A stretch of DNA of 64,000 nt, taken from NCBI GenBank assembly GCA_963790475.1, contig CAWBOS010000006.1, forward strand, positions 256,001 through 320,000. Direction: 5' to 3'. Under the pieces are notes generated by a model. The model made no database searches, was not told where the DNA came from, and saw only the letters and a program-made list of their open reading frames with translations. This document shows, piece by piece, positions 29,486 through 40,335 of the stretch (its first letter is position 1; the number at the start of each line of letters is the position of its first letter). The DNA comes from an uncultured delta proteobacterium. Its GTDB lineage: Bacteria; Desulfobacterota; RBG-13-43-22. The translations under genes and the position numbers were made by a program.

Positions 29486-30910
29486 ATGAAAAGATGCCTG
29501 GATTCGTCCTGGACTCAGGAAATGAGAGTGGAGATCGACGCCAACCTGATGATGCTCCAGGCCCTAGGGGAAAAGGAAGGGATTTCCGAAGAAGAACTTG
29601 AAAAGCTGCAACCTGCGATCCAAACCATTCACGGACAACTTGAAGAAGAAAAAGGCCAAGACCATCTCCCTTTTCTGACCATACCCTTTGAGCTGTCACT
29701 GGGACCAAAAATAAAAAAATTTGTTCAGGGAACCAAGCCCTGGGTGGAAAATTTTGTGGTCCTGGGCATTGGCGGATCGGCCCTGGGGGCCAAGGCCCTC
29801 CATACGGCCCTTTCCCATCCCCATTATAACCTGTTATCCAAAACCATGCGAAAGGGATTTCCACGGCTCTTTGTAACCGATAATGTGGACCCTGATGGAT
29901 TTAAAGCCCTGTTGGATCTTCTGGAAGTAAGAAAGACCCTCTTCAATGTGATCAGCAAATCGGGTGGAACGGCTGAAACCATGAGCCAGTTTTTGATTAT
30001 CAGGGATTTGCTTAAGAAAAAGCTGGGCAACCGGAAGGAAAAGGATCACCTGGTGATTACCACCGATCCGGTGCAGGGAGTGCTGAGAAAAATCGCTGAA
30101 GAAGAACAATTTAAAAGTTTTGAAATACCCTCGTTGCTGGGAGGAAGGTTCTCGGTCCTTTCGGCCGTCGGGTTACTGCCGGCCGCTATGTGCGGAATCG
30201 ATATCGAGGAATTACAGGCCGGGGCCAGGGAAATGGCCGGACGCTGTCAGAACCCTTCCCTGTGGGAAAATCCGGCCTACGGGTGCGCCTGTTTGTCCTT
30301 CCTGAGTTATAAACAGATGAGAAAAAATATCCGGGTGATCATGCCCTACGGGGATGCCCTGAAAGGAATGGGGGAGTGGTTTTGCCAATTATGGGCCGAA
30401 AGTTTAGGGAAGCGGTTTAATCTCAAAGGGCGGGAGATTTGGAACGGTCAAACGCCGGTGACGGCCCTGGGGGCCACGGATCAGCATTCTCAGCTGCAAT
30501 TGTATATGGAAGGACCCGGAGACAAAGTTTTTTCCTTTTTGGGAATCAAAAATTTTGCCGGCCTGATCCCCTTGCCGAAACTGTATCCCAAGACGGAAGA
30601 ACTGGCCTACTTGGGAGGCCATTCCCTGAACCAATTAATTCAAGCCGAAATGCAGGCCACCCGCTTAACTCTGGCCAAAAATGGGCGTCCCAGTTTAACG
30701 ATCACTTTGCCTAAAATCAATCCGTTCACCATTGGTCAACTGATCTTTTTGTGGGAACTGGAAACTTATGTCTGCGGCCGGTTGATGGGCATTAATCCCC
30801 TGAACCAGCCCGGGGTGGAAGAAGGAAAAAAGATGACCTATGCCTTCCTGGGGAGAAAGGGATTTGAAAGGGAAGGCCAAGATGGGGGACTCCCTGTCAA
30901 AACCCAATAA
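29486..30910 (+). CDS. pgi: Glucose-6-phosphate isomerase
   Basis: GIGGSALG, SKSGGTAET, GGRFSVLS, QLWAESLGK, DQHS, QPGVEEGK. Confidence 0.93.
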   Translation: MKRCLDSSWTQEMRVEIDANLMMLQALGEKEGISEEELEKLQPAIQTIHGQLEEEKGQDHLPFLTIPFELSLGPKIKKFVQGTKPWVENFVVLGIGGSALGAKALHTALSHPHYNLLSKTMRKGFPRLFVTDNVDPDGFKALLDLLEVRKTLFNVISKSGGTAETMSQFLIIRDLLKKKLGNRKEKDHLVITTDPVQGVLRKIAEEEQFKSFEIPSLLGGRFSVLSAVGLLPAAMCGIDIEELQAGAREMAGRCQNPSLWENPAYGCACLSFLSYKQMRKNIRVIMPYGDALKGMGEWFCQLWAESLGKRFNLKGREIWNGQTPVTALGATDQHSQLQLYMEGPGDKVFSFLGIKNFAGLIPLPKLYPKTEELAYLGGHSLNQLIQAEMQATRLTLAKNGRPSLTITLPKINPFTIGQLIFLWELETYVCGRLMGINPLNQPGVEEGKKMTYAFLGRKGFEREGQDGGLPVKTQ

Positions 30911-30934
30911 AAAATTTATTCTGTAGTTTGATCT

Positions 30935-32348
30935 ATGGAAATCCTACCGGAAACCACCAAGCCTTTTAAACTGGTCAAATACTTTTTTTTGAGCAGCTTT
31001 ATTGTTATGTTGATTTTTGCCGTATCCTTGACCCTGTTCATAACCCAACGCTCCAAAGAGGCCTTACTGAAAAAAAGCGAGGCTTTTGCCGTACTTCTGG
31101 CCGAGAATCTCAATCATCAGGTGTTTTTTTACTTTGAACTGCCGCTTACCCTGCAGAAAAAAGAGGTCCGGCTGAGAGACCCCAAACAATTTAAATGGTT
31201 GGATCAATATCATTCGAAATACGATTTACAGTTTTAAAATTGAAAAAGTCAATATGTATGACCCGCTCAATATTATCGCCTACAGTACCGAACAATCCTT
31301 GGTCGGCAAGAAAGGAGTAGGGGGTACGGATTTTAAAAAAGCAATGACCGGGAAAAATTCCTCCCGATTCATTTCCGAGGGTGTCTTTTTGAAATTTCGC
31401 CCTTGGGAAAAGGCTCCGACCGGAAAATTAATCACCACCATTCCCTTTCGGGTGGACCCCTCTATCCAACCCGACGCTAGAATTCTGGGGGTCTTTGAGA
31501 TCACCCAGGATATTTCCAAGGATTACGAGGCTATTTTCAGGGATCAATACTTGATGGTTTTTTTCTCGATCGGTCTTATGGCCCTCCTGTACCTGATCCT
31601 TTTGTTTATCGTCAAACGCGGCGAGATGATCATGGAAAGAAAGGCTCAAGAACAAAAGCGGTTAGTCGATAAACTGCACCAGTCCGAACGGATGGCTTCC
31701 TTGGGGGAGATGATTGCCTCGGTCTCTCATGAGATTAAGAATCCCCTGGGGATCATTCGCAGTACGGCCGATCTGCTGGAAAAAAAGGTGATTCAATTTG
31801 AACCTCAAAACCAATTGGCTTCGATCATTCGGGAAGAAGCCGATCGGTTGAATCGTATCGTGACCGAGTTCCTGGATTTTGCCCGACCCCAGATCCCCAG
31901 GATGGACCAGGTTCGGATCGAAACGATATTGGAAAAAAATTTACATTTTTTAGGTCCGGAATTGGCTCGCCGGGGGATAACGGTTCAGAAAGATTTTATC
32001 CCGGGGTCACAGACCATTCCGCTGGATCAGGACCAGATTTATCGGGCTTTTTTAAATATTCTGTTGAATGCCGTTCAGGCCATGCCCGAGGGTGGGAAGA
32101 TCGGAATCAAGGTTCGGTATATTTCCCGGGAGGCGATCATTGAGATCAATGATTCGGGGTCCGGTTTATCAGAGGAAGAGCGGGTTAAGGCCTTTCAGCC
32201 TTTTTTTACTACTAAGGAGAAGGGCAGCGGTTTGGGGCTGGCCATTGTCAAAAATATCATTGAAGCCCATAAGGGAACCATTCAAATGATTAATTCGGAA
32301 TCAGGAGGAACCGCGGTGGTTATTACCTTGCCGAGAAAAGGGGACTGA
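30935..32348 (+). pseudogene. Membrane sensor histidine kinase split by one frameshift near 31205 (possible sequencing error)
   Basis: TM1 in 30935-31237; the next frame continues NIIRNTIYSFKIEKVNMYD; HEIKNPLG H-box, NAVQA, DSGSG, FFTTKEKGSGLGL. Confidence 0.8.
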
Positions 32349-32398
32349 GGCATAGAAGGAAGATCCCGATTCCAATCACCTTACAGGGGCCCTCGGGG

Positions 32399-32485
32399 GA
32401 TGCGAGTTGCGGTTATGTGTTTATAAAAACCGATCGTTGTTATCTTTCAACTCCTAACCCTGACCCGCGAAGCGTAACTCGTAAC
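32399..32485. repeat. Degenerate opposed heptamer arrays between the HK and the response regulator
   Basis: gatgcga gttgcgg ... aactcct aaccctg acccgcg aagcgta actcgta. Confidence 0.45.
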
Positions 32486-32501
32486 AAAGGTTTTAATAAA
32501 A

Positions 32502-33835
32502 ATGGAAACAATTCTCGTTGTCGACGATGAAAAGAATTATCTTTTAGTGCTGAAAGAATTACTGGGGGAAGAAGGCTATGAAGTGGTTATTGCCCAGTCG
32601 GCCTCGGAGGCACTAAAGGTTTTTCAAGAAACGGAACTGGATCTGGTAATCACGGACATGAAAATGCCCGGAATGAGTGGGATGGAACTGTTAGACGTTT
32701 TGAAAGAAAAAGACCTTCATCTGCCGGTAATCATGATGACCGCCTATGGATCGGTGGAAAAAGCGGTGGAAGCCATGAAAAAAGGGGCCTACGATTATAT
32801 CCTCAAACCCTTTGATAATGAGGTATTAAAAAAGGCGGTCGCTAAAGGCCTGGCCATGGGGCGGGTGATCAAAGAAAACAGGCTGCTCTCCGGGGAATTG
32901 AAGGAAAAATTCGGACCCACCGACCTGATCGGCAACAGTTTTCCGGTGAGGCAAGTGAGGGACTTGATCTCTAAAGTGGCCGGAACCAAAGCAACCGTGT
33001 TGATCAGCGGTGAATCAGGGACAGGAAAAGAATTGGTGGCCCGAGCCATTCATTTCAATAGCCCCAGAAAAGATAAACCCTTGGTCTCGGTCAATTGTTC
33101 GGCCTTGACCGAAACTTTGCTGGAGAGTGAACTTTTCGGTCACGAGAAAGGTGCCTTCACCGGGGCCGTGGCTCAAAGAAAGGGACGGTTCGAAACGGCG
33201 GATGGAGGGACCCTTTTCCTGGATGAGGTGGGAGAGATGTCCCCTTCCGTTCAGGTTACCCTTTTACGGGTTCTGCAAAACCGGGAATTTGAACGGGTTG
33301 GCGGAAACAAGACTATTAAGGTAGATGTACGGGTCATTACAGCTACTAATAAAGATCTGAAAAGGGAGATTACCAAGGGGACATTTCCGCGAAGATCTCT
33401 ATTATCGTCTTAATGTGGTTCATATTGAAGTCCCTCCTTTGAGGGAACAGGAAAGAGGACCTTCCCTTATTGATACGATATTTTTTGGAGCGATTTACCC
33501 GGGAGATGAATAAAAAAGAGGTCCCGACCCTGGCCCCGGAAGTGATGGGTGCCTTGTTGGCCTATGACTGGCCGGGGAATGTCAGGGAACTGGAAAACAT
33601 GCTCGAAAGAGCGATTATTCTGAGTTCAAAACCGATTATCCAACTGGAAGATCTGCCTTTCACCAGCATTATTCCGTCAGGAGCCAAACTTAATGAGGTC
33701 CTGGAATTAATAGAAAAAAAGATGATTACTCAGGCCCTGGTCCTATCGGGGAATGTCCAGGCCCATGCCGCCGAACTGCTGGGCATAGAAAAGAATTTGC
33801 TGAAGTATAAGATGAAAAAATATGCTCTGGTTTAG
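32502..33835 (+). pseudogene. sigma54-dependent NtrC-family response regulator with two +1 frameshifts (about 33387 and 33448; possible sequencing errors)
   Basis: REC (LVVDDE, DMKMP, KP), [21 protein letters not shown]; removing single Cs restores [22 protein letters not shown]; WPGNVRELEN and HTH downstream. Confidence 0.85.
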
Positions 33836-33906
33836 GCCGGGGCAAAGCTCTCGTTTACGGTTTTTGTTGTTTTCCGAAAATCCTCCCTGCCCTGATCAGA
33901 GGTCTC

Positions 33907-33962
33907 GATCAGATATCTCCTGTTTTGGAGTTGTCCCCTGAAAATCCAGGAAATATCTGATC
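33907..33962. terminator. Long inverted repeat between convergent genes
   Basis: GATCAGATATCTCCTG / CAGGAAATATCTGATC, 15 of 16 complementary. Confidence 0.45.
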
Positions 33963-34052
33963 TCCGAACTAATCCCCTGATCACATCGAGTCCCTAATTC
34001 ATCGATCACCCAAGGTTACTCAAATAGCGGTGGATGGACAGGTACCGGCACT

Positions 34053-34706
34053 CTATTTCTTAAATTTACCTGGAAATTGCTTGACGATGCCATCGGTCAG
34101 TGTATCGGCCAGCATCAGTATATGGTCATGGCCTTTGTCGTAATAACTTATATCGCCATCCCAATCCTTTTTAAGTCTGGAAACCACTTCCCCCGTGGTA
34201 ACCGTCAGATGTTTATATAAACTATTGACCAGTTCCTGCTTGGGCCAATGCGGATTTGCGCCGCTCAGGAACGTAGCGATCTCTTCGGCATTATCCTCCC
34301 ATTTCTTTTTAGCGGTTAAGAACTCCTCCTGAGTGCCTTTTTTTGCCGATGTTACCACCTCAGCGGCAATCAAGATATGGTCTCGGAGCAAACCGGCTAA
34401 TTTTTTTCCGGCCTCCTCTCCGTAGAAGGGCTTTATCGCCTCCCCGATACTATCCTGATTTTTTAGAAGTCTCTCGGCAATTTTAGCGGTGTCTTGAAGC
34501 TCGGCCAGGGCACTTATGATGTAATTTCGTGTATAGGTAATATGGTCTTCCCATAGTTTCCTCATGGACATTCTTAAATCAATGACCGATTTTTTGCACA
34601 ACATGGTGCCGGTCGCCTTGCCCTTCATAGGTTCCGCATATGAAATACTGACCATAAAGATACCAATCAGTCCAATCAAGATCCCGGCTGATATTATTCT
34701 TTTCAT
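34053..34706 (-). CDS. Secreted all-helical protein of unknown function with repeated H(I/L) motifs
   Basis: Signal peptide MKRIISAG..SISYA; LWEDHITYTR, LLRDHIL, LYKHL, GHDHIL. Confidence 0.7.
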   Translation of the reverse strand: MKRIISAGILIGLIGIFMVSISYAEPMKGKATGTMLCKKSVIDLRMSMRKLWEDHITYTRNYIISALAELQDTAKIAERLLKNQDSIGEAIKPFYGEEAGKKLAGLLRDHILIAAEVVTSAKKGTQEEFLTAKKKWEDNAEEIATFLSGANPHWPKQELVNSLYKHLTVTTGEVVSRLKKDWDGDISYYDKGHDHILMLADTLTDGIVKQFPGKFKK

Positions 34707-34883
34707 GTCATCCTCCTGTATTAATTTTAGTTTAAGTAATGAAAGGTGAATTTTGAAAGGAATACTATCTTGCTTTTTTTAGGGATGCAATGAAAAATTA
34801 TGAGAATAATCCTGTTGGGTTGTTTAAGCCGGAATTTTTTAACTTGGGTAGATCAGGAGAAGAGAAAAAGTTTCAATAGGCCA

Positions 34884-34912
34884 TTGACTAAAAGAGAAGA
34901 ACTTTATACTAT
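34884..34912 (+). promoter_or_regulatory. Putative sigma70 promoter of the crp/fnr-hemB-ahbD-ahbA unit
   Basis: TTGACT-17 nt-TACTAT. Confidence 0.5.
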
Positions 34913-34960
34913 CTAACATAATAAAGCCGATCATAAGGGTTTATACAAAAAGGAGTTGGT

Positions 34961-35656
34961 TTGAAGGAAGTGGCCGAGTTATTAAAACAGAATCCCCTCT
35001 TCAGCGGCCTTGATGAAGCTGGACTTGACAAGGTCAAAGGGATTACCTCACACCATTTTTATAAAAAAGGGAGCATCCTTTTCTCCCAAGGTGATGGGGC
35101 TCATGGTTTCTACCTGGTGACCGAAGGGAAGATAAAAATATATCGCCTGTCGCCTAATGGCCAGGAATATGTCATGCGCCTGGTTGGACCTGGAGAAACG
35201 ATCGCCGAGGCGGCGGTTTTTTCCGGAAAAACCTACCCGGCCTCGGCTGAGGCCCTGGAGGATAGCCGGCTCTACTACCTGAATAAATCGGATTTCACGG
35301 CCCTCATCCGAGAGAGTCCCCAACTGGCCCTTAATATGATGACCGGTCTATCTCTTTTGTTGAGGGATTTGGCCCAACAGGTGGAAGATCTTTCTTTAAA
35401 GGAAGTCTCGGCCCGTCTGGCCCGTTTTCTGATCGCTGAGGCTGAAAAAATTTCTTCTGTACCGGCCAATGGACTCAAAATTCCCCTGGAAATGAAAAAA
35501 AATCTTCTGGCCAGCCGCTTGGGGACCATTGGGGAAACCCTGTCCCGCACTTTGTCAAAAATGAAACAGAAAGAAATTATCCATATCGATAAGGGCATCA
35601 TAACCATCCGGAATTTTGAGACCCTGAAAGAAATTGCTGAAGGAATAAAACTATAA
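34961..35656 (+). CDS. Crp/Fnr family regulator (HcpR/Dnr-like, no N-terminal Cys cluster)
   Basis: LFSQGD, GKIKIYR, AEAAVF..YPASAEA, SARLARFL, HTH LASRLGTIGETLSR. Confidence 0.88.
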   Translation: MKEVAELLKQNPLFSGLDEAGLDKVKGITSHHFYKKGSILFSQGDGAHGFYLVTEGKIKIYRLSPNGQEYVMRLVGPGETIAEAAVFSGKTYPASAEALEDSRLYYLNKSDFTALIRESPQLALNMMTGLSLLLRDLAQQVEDLSLKEVSARLARFLIAEAEKISSVPANGLKIPLEMKKNLLASRLGTIGETLSRTLSKMKQKEIIHIDKGIITIRNFETLKEIAEGIKL

Positions 35657-35665
35657 GGAGGCCCT

Positions 35666-36643
35666 ATGCTTTTTCCAGACTATCGGCCCAGGAGGCTGAG
35701 GCGGAATGAATCTTTCAGAAGGATGATTCGGGAAACCTCACTTTCGGTGGATAACCTTATCTATCCTATGTTCGTCGTTTTTGGCAAAGGGATTCGTAAG
35801 CCCATCGCTTCCATGCCCGGGATTTTTCAACTTTCCACAGATGAACTCATTAAAGAGGCCCGCGAGGTCCTTTCCCTGCGTATACCGGCCATCATGCTTT
35901 TCGGGATCCCGGAAAAAAAAGATGAAAAGGCTTCGGGGGCTTATGATCCCAACGGGATTATCCAGCGGGCTATGAAAGCCTTAAAAGAAAAGGTTCCTGA
36001 ATTGATAGTCATCGGTGATGTCTGCCTCTGTGAATACATGAGTCACGGCCACTGTGGGATTATCCAAGAGGGTGAGGTCGATAATGATGCCACCCTGGAG
36101 CTGCTGGCCCGTACCGCCTTGTCCCAGGTCAAGGCCGGCGCCGATATGGTTGCCCCGAGCGATATGATGGATGGAAGAGTGGCCGAGATCCGTCAGGCCC
36201 TGGATGAAAACGGTTTTGAGCAAACTCCTATTATGGCCTATTCGGCCAAATATGCTTCGGCCTTTTATGGTCCATTCCGGGAGGCCGCTGAGTCGGCTCC
36301 GAAATTCGGCGACCGGAAAAGCTATCAGATGGACCCGGCCAATTTTCGGGAAGCCATTCGTGAAGTGACCCTGGATGTTGAGGAGGGGGCGGATATTATC
36401 ATGGTCAAACCGGCCCTGCCCTATCTGGATGTTATCTGCCGGGTTCGGGAAGAATTCGACCTTCCTGTGGCTGCCTATAATGTCAGCGGCGAATACGCCA
36501 TGATCAAGGCGGCGGCGAAACAGGGTTGGTTGGATGAAAACAAAGTGATGATGGAATCCCTGCTTTCCATTCGCCGTGCCGGAGCCGATCTGATCCTGAC
36601 CTATTTTGCCAAGCAGGCCGCCCCCCTTTTGAAAGCATCATGA
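35666..36643 (+). CDS. hemB: Porphobilinogen synthase
   Basis: [53 protein letters not shown]. Confidence 0.97.
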   Translation: MLFPDYRPRRLRRNESFRRMIRETSLSVDNLIYPMFVVFGKGIRKPIASMPGIFQLSTDELIKEAREVLSLRIPAIMLFGIPEKKDEKASGAYDPNGIIQRAMKALKEKVPELIVIGDVCLCEYMSHGHCGIIQEGEVDNDATLELLARTALSQVKAGADMVAPSDMMDGRVAEIRQALDENGFEQTPIMAYSAKYASAFYGPFREAAESAPKFGDRKSYQMDPANFREAIREVTLDVEEGADIIMVKPALPYLDVICRVREEFDLPVAAYNVSGEYAMIKAAAKQGWLDENKVMMESLLSIRRAGADLILTYFAKQAAPLLKAS

Positions 36644-36683
36644 TGCGAGATCGTTTGCCGGCATGAAAGGTAATACTCATTAA

Positions 36684-37772
36684 ATGCCTTCTCACACAAA
36701 AGAAAAATCCGAATTTCCACTAAAAGTTCCCGAACTACGCCTGGTGGCCTGGGAAGTGACACGGCAATGCAATCTTTCCTGTCTTCACTGCCGGGCCTCG
36801 GCCGAATCCGGCCCTTACCCAGATGAATTAAGTACGGCCGAAGGTCTCCTTCTTTTGGATCAAATCCGGGAGGTCGGGCAGCCCGTGGTAATTATGACCG
36901 GGGGAGAGCCGTTACTTCGCCCTGACATTTATGAGCTGGCCCGGTACGGACATAATCTGGGCCTGCGGATGGTCATGGCCGTTAATGGCACCCTCTTGGA
37001 TAGGGAAAAGGCCCGGATGTTGAAAGAATCGGGTATTCAGAGGATCAGTGTCAGTATGGATGGAGCCGCAGCTGAGAGTCATGATTATTTTCGCCAGGTT
37101 CAAGGGGCTTTTAACGAGATACTAAAAGGGATCGAAGCCGCCAGGTCGGTTGGCCTGGAATATCAGATTAATACCACAGTCACCAGGCACAATCTTCATG
37201 AATTGCTAAAAATACAAGAAAAGACCATTGAATTAGGGGCCGTGGCCCATCATATTTTTATGCTGGTCCCAACCGGCCGGGGAAGGTCTTTGACCGACCA
37301 GACCATCTCAGCCGAGGAATACGAACAGACCCTGACCTGGCTGGTCAAACGCAAGGATGAGATCCCCCTGTCCATCAAGGCGACTTGCGCCCCTCATTAT
37401 TATCGAATATTGAGGGAGACAGCCCGCCAGGAAGGAAAGGAAGTCTCTTTCAAAACCCATGGATTAGATGCTGTTACCCGAGGTTGTCTGGGAGGGGTCG
37501 GGTTTTGCTTTGTCTCCCACAGGGGACAGGTTCAACCCTGCGGTTATCTGGAGGTGGACTCAGGAAATACGCGGAGACAATTCTTCGGGGAAATATGGAA
37601 ATCCTCTCCGGTCTTTCTGGCTTTAAGAGATCAATCCCAGTATTCGAACAAATGCGGTCGGTGTGAATATTTTCGGGTTTGCGGCGGCTGCCGGGCCAGG
37701 GCCTTTGAAGCCACCGGGAATTATTTGGAAGAAGAGCCTCTTTGCACTTTTCAGCCTAAAAGGCAGGCGTGA
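36684..37772 (+). CDS. ahbD: Radical SAM heme b synthase (Fe-coproporphyrin III decarboxylase)
   Basis: LVAWEVTRQCNLSCLHCRA, KATCAPHYYR, TRGCLGG..FCF, VQPCGYL, CGRCEY..CGGCRARA. Confidence 0.88.
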   Translation: MPSHTKEKSEFPLKVPELRLVAWEVTRQCNLSCLHCRASAESGPYPDELSTAEGLLLLDQIREVGQPVVIMTGGEPLLRPDIYELARYGHNLGLRMVMAVNGTLLDREKARMLKESGIQRISVSMDGAAAESHDYFRQVQGAFNEILKGIEAARSVGLEYQINTTVTRHNLHELLKIQEKTIELGAVAHHIFMLVPTGRGRSLTDQTISAEEYEQTLTWLVKRKDEIPLSIKATCAPHYYRILRETARQEGKEVSFKTHGLDAVTRGCLGGVGFCFVSHRGQVQPCGYLEVDSGNTRRQFFGEIWKSSPVFLALRDQSQYSNKCGRCEYFRVCGGCRARAFEATGNYLEEEPLCTFQPKRQA

Positions 37773-37815
37773 GGCGTGAGGTTTTTTTAATGATTCCTTT
37801 TTCATTGTTCGTCCT

Positions 37816-38334
37816 TTGCCGGAATTAAATAGAAAATTGGGAATAAAAGAGATAAAAGAAACCCCTGATAAAAAACCAATCTATAGGCTGGATCGGATTG
37901 ATCGGGCTATTCTCAATGAAATTCAGTCCCATTTCCCTCTTAAGGCCAGACCTTATCGAGAGGTCGCGGAACGTCTGGATCTCACGGAAAAGGAGGTCAT
38001 CTCCCGGGTTAACTGCATGGCCCAGGGGGGGATCATCCGGCGTATTGGGGCCAATTTCAACTCCCGCAAGCTGGGATTCACCAGTACCCTTTGTGCCGCC
38101 CGGGTCCCGATGGAAAGAATATCCGAATTTGTTGAAAAGGTTAATCAATATCCCGGCGTCACCCACAACTATGAGAGGGAGGGGGATTTCAATATATGGT
38201 TTACCTTTATAGCTGAATCCAAGGGACTAATCGATTCCGCTCTTGAAGAAATTAAGAATAAAACAGGCATTGAAGAATTGATCAGCCTTCCGGCCGAGAA
38301 TATTTTTAAGATCCGCGTTGATTTCGAAGTTTAG
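37816..38334 (+). CDS. ahbA: Siroheme decarboxylase alpha subunit (Lrp/AsnC-like)
   Basis: DRAILNEIQSHFPL..RPY, GIIRRIGANF..KLGFTSTLCA, GVTHNYER, NIWFT; follows ahbD. Confidence 0.87.
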   Translation: MPELNRKLGIKEIKETPDKKPIYRLDRIDRAILNEIQSHFPLKARPYREVAERLDLTEKEVISRVNCMAQGGIIRRIGANFNSRKLGFTSTLCAARVPMERISEFVEKVNQYPGVTHNYEREGDFNIWFTFIAESKGLIDSALEEIKNKTGIEELISLPAENIFKIRVDFEV

Positions 38335-38555
38335 TGCAAAAATAGGATTTATGAAAATAGCGGATAACATAGCCCGGCGTAAATATCCCCAGATGTCATT
38401 GGGGCGGAAGGTGAAATTCAGTCAAAGGGAACTGGTCCCGACTTTCGCCGGGTGAGGGGAGTTGCCCGATGGAAGCATCTTGGTCAAAATCATATAACTT
38501 TATATTAATATTCATGGTTCTTAAGGCCCGTATCGGCCGGGGGTAAGGATAGATA

Positions 38556-39143
38556 ATGGAACAAAATCGGGAAGACAGGAAAGAACCGGAAGTCGAGGTT
38601 AATCAGGAACCGGAAGAATATTCTTCTCCCACCGGATTCAAAAAACCCAAGCGATCTTTTAGATTGAATAAATGGATGTTAGTGCCGATTTCCCTGGTTG
38701 GGATAACCGTTTTGGCCTTTGGGCTGTGGATGATCCTACAATCCGGTTTGTTTCCCAGTAAAGAACAAACCGAAATCCCTGAATTAAAGGCGCTCCGCAC
38801 AGAATTTCAGAGTCTGAAGGGTGAAATAGCCTCTTTGAAAAATGAAGTGCAATCCTTAAAAGAAGAACAGAAGGGTCTTCAGGAATGGACAAAGGCCATT
38901 CAAGGACAAGTTACGACCGTCAAGGACCAACAAACGGTTTTGGCAAAAAAAAGGGATTCCCAAGGAAACAAAAAGCCGAAGCCGAAGGTGATCGTCTATA
39001 AGATACAAAGGGGAGACACCTTGGCATCGATTGCTAAAAAATTTCGAGTGGGCCAGGATGATCTGAAGAACTGGAACCACCTTCCCTCGAAAGGAAAACT
39101 CAAACCTGGTCAAACCATAACAATTTATTCCCCTACTCCCTGA
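38556..39143 (+). CDS. Membrane-anchored coiled-coil LysM protein
   Basis: TM, coiled coil, YKIQRGDTLASIAKKF..LKNWN..LKPGQTI. Confidence 0.85.
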   Translation: MEQNREDRKEPEVEVNQEPEEYSSPTGFKKPKRSFRLNKWMLVPISLVGITVLAFGLWMILQSGLFPSKEQTEIPELKALRTEFQSLKGEIASLKNEVQSLKEEQKGLQEWTKAIQGQVTTVKDQQTVLAKKRDSQGNKKPKPKVIVYKIQRGDTLASIAKKFRVGQDDLKNWNHLPSKGKLKPGQTITIYSPTP

Positions 39144-40335
39144 AGCCAAACATGACTTTCTCGTAAGGTTCAAACATCATTTGATAAAGATCCATGGCAT
39201 AGCGGTCGGTCATTCCCGATAAATAATCGGCAATTATCCGGTGCCGGGTTTTTTTGTCCTTGGTCTGAAAAAATCGAGATTTAAAGACGCCAGGCAGCAT
39301 CTCCGGTTTTTCTTCCAGATGATGAAATATTCTGGAAATAATCAGTCGGCCTTTTTCATTCATGATGGACACCTGGGGGCGTTTATAAACATTTTCAAAA
39401 AGGAAAGTTTTCAGTTGATTGAAGTGGACCCAATCCTGATTTGGGGCAGTGACAATGGGGACCTCCTCCTTTCTAACTTCTTGAATACTTTTTATTTTCA
39501 AGCGACGTAGATTGTTGTGGGTCTGTTTAATGACCATAATGTTGGTTCCTTCGATCAAGGTCCTGACCAATAACCTGGCCCGGATGGTGGTATCGGCAGT
39601 GTCGAATCCGGGATAACGATCCCCACATTTTTTTAACACCTGGTCAACCAGGGGATTTTCCATTTTTGGAATATCATTCATAGATAAATATCCAGCAGTT
39701 AAAGCATCTTCCAAATCATGGGCACAGTAGGCCAACGGGTCGGCGATGTTGACTATCTGGGCCTCAAGAGTGGGAGAGGGATGTTCTCTGAATTCCTCCG
39801 AAGCGATGGGGTGATCATAAACGGTGGAATGCCGGGCAATACCCTCCCTGGTTTCAAAACAAAGATTGAGTCCGTCGTAAGCGCTATACCTTTTCTCCAA
39901 CAGGTCGACTATTCTCAGGCTTTGAAGATTATGCTCGAATCCCCCATCCTTTTTCATAAGCTCGTTTATAGTGGTTTCTCCCGTGTGTCCAAAAGGAGCA
40001 TGTCCCAAGTCGTGGGCATAGGCAATGGCTTCACACAAATCCTCGTTTAAACGAAGGGCCCGGGCCAGGGTTCGAGCATGCTGGGCGACCTCAAGGGTGT
40101 GGGTCAACCGGGTTCTGTAGAAATCCCCTTCGCTGATTAAAAAAACCTGAGTCTTGTACTGGAGATCCTTAAAGGCCTTGGAATAAAGAATCCGGTCCCG
40201 GTCGCGTTGAAAAACGGTCCTGAATTCATCCGGTTCATCCCCATGGAGGGTCCGTCCAATGCTTGCGGCACTTTTTGACGCATAAGCAGCAAGCGTTGAT
40301 TCCTCAATAGTTTCTAATTGCTCTCTGATTTTCAT
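39133..40335 (-). CDS. dgt: dNTP triphosphohydrolase (dGTPase)
   Basis: FQRDRDRI, KTQVF, RTRLTHTLEV, HDLGHAPFGHTGE, FEHN, DYLSGMTD. Confidence 0.92.
   Translation of the reverse strand: MKIREQLETIEESTLAAYASKSAASIGRTLHGDEPDEFRTVFQRDRDRILYSKAFKDLQYKTQVFLISEGDFYRTRLTHTLEVAQHARTLARALRLNEDLCEAIAYAHDLGHAPFGHTGETTINELMKKDGGFEHNLQSLRIVDLLEKRYSAYDGLNLCFETREGIARHSTVYDHPIASEEFREHPSPTLEAQIVNIADPLAYCAHDLEDALTAGYLSMNDIPKMENPLVDQVLKKCGDRYPGFDTADTTIRARLLVRTLIEGTNIMVIKQTHNNLRRLKIKSIQEVRKEEVPIVTAPNQDWVHFNQLKTFLFENVYKRPQVSIMNEKGRLIISRIFHHLEEKPEMLPGVFKSRFFQTKDKKTRHRIIADYLSGMTDRYAMDLYQMMFEPYEKVMFGFRE

Noticed and set aside
38351-38455. Short ORF MKIADNIARRKYPQ.. resembling a PilZ start
   Set aside because: Only about 34 codons with a single weak motif; insufficient evidence.
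39133-40335. dGTPase as an antiphage gene
   Set aside because: It has the length and context of the housekeeping type and lies outside the defence island.
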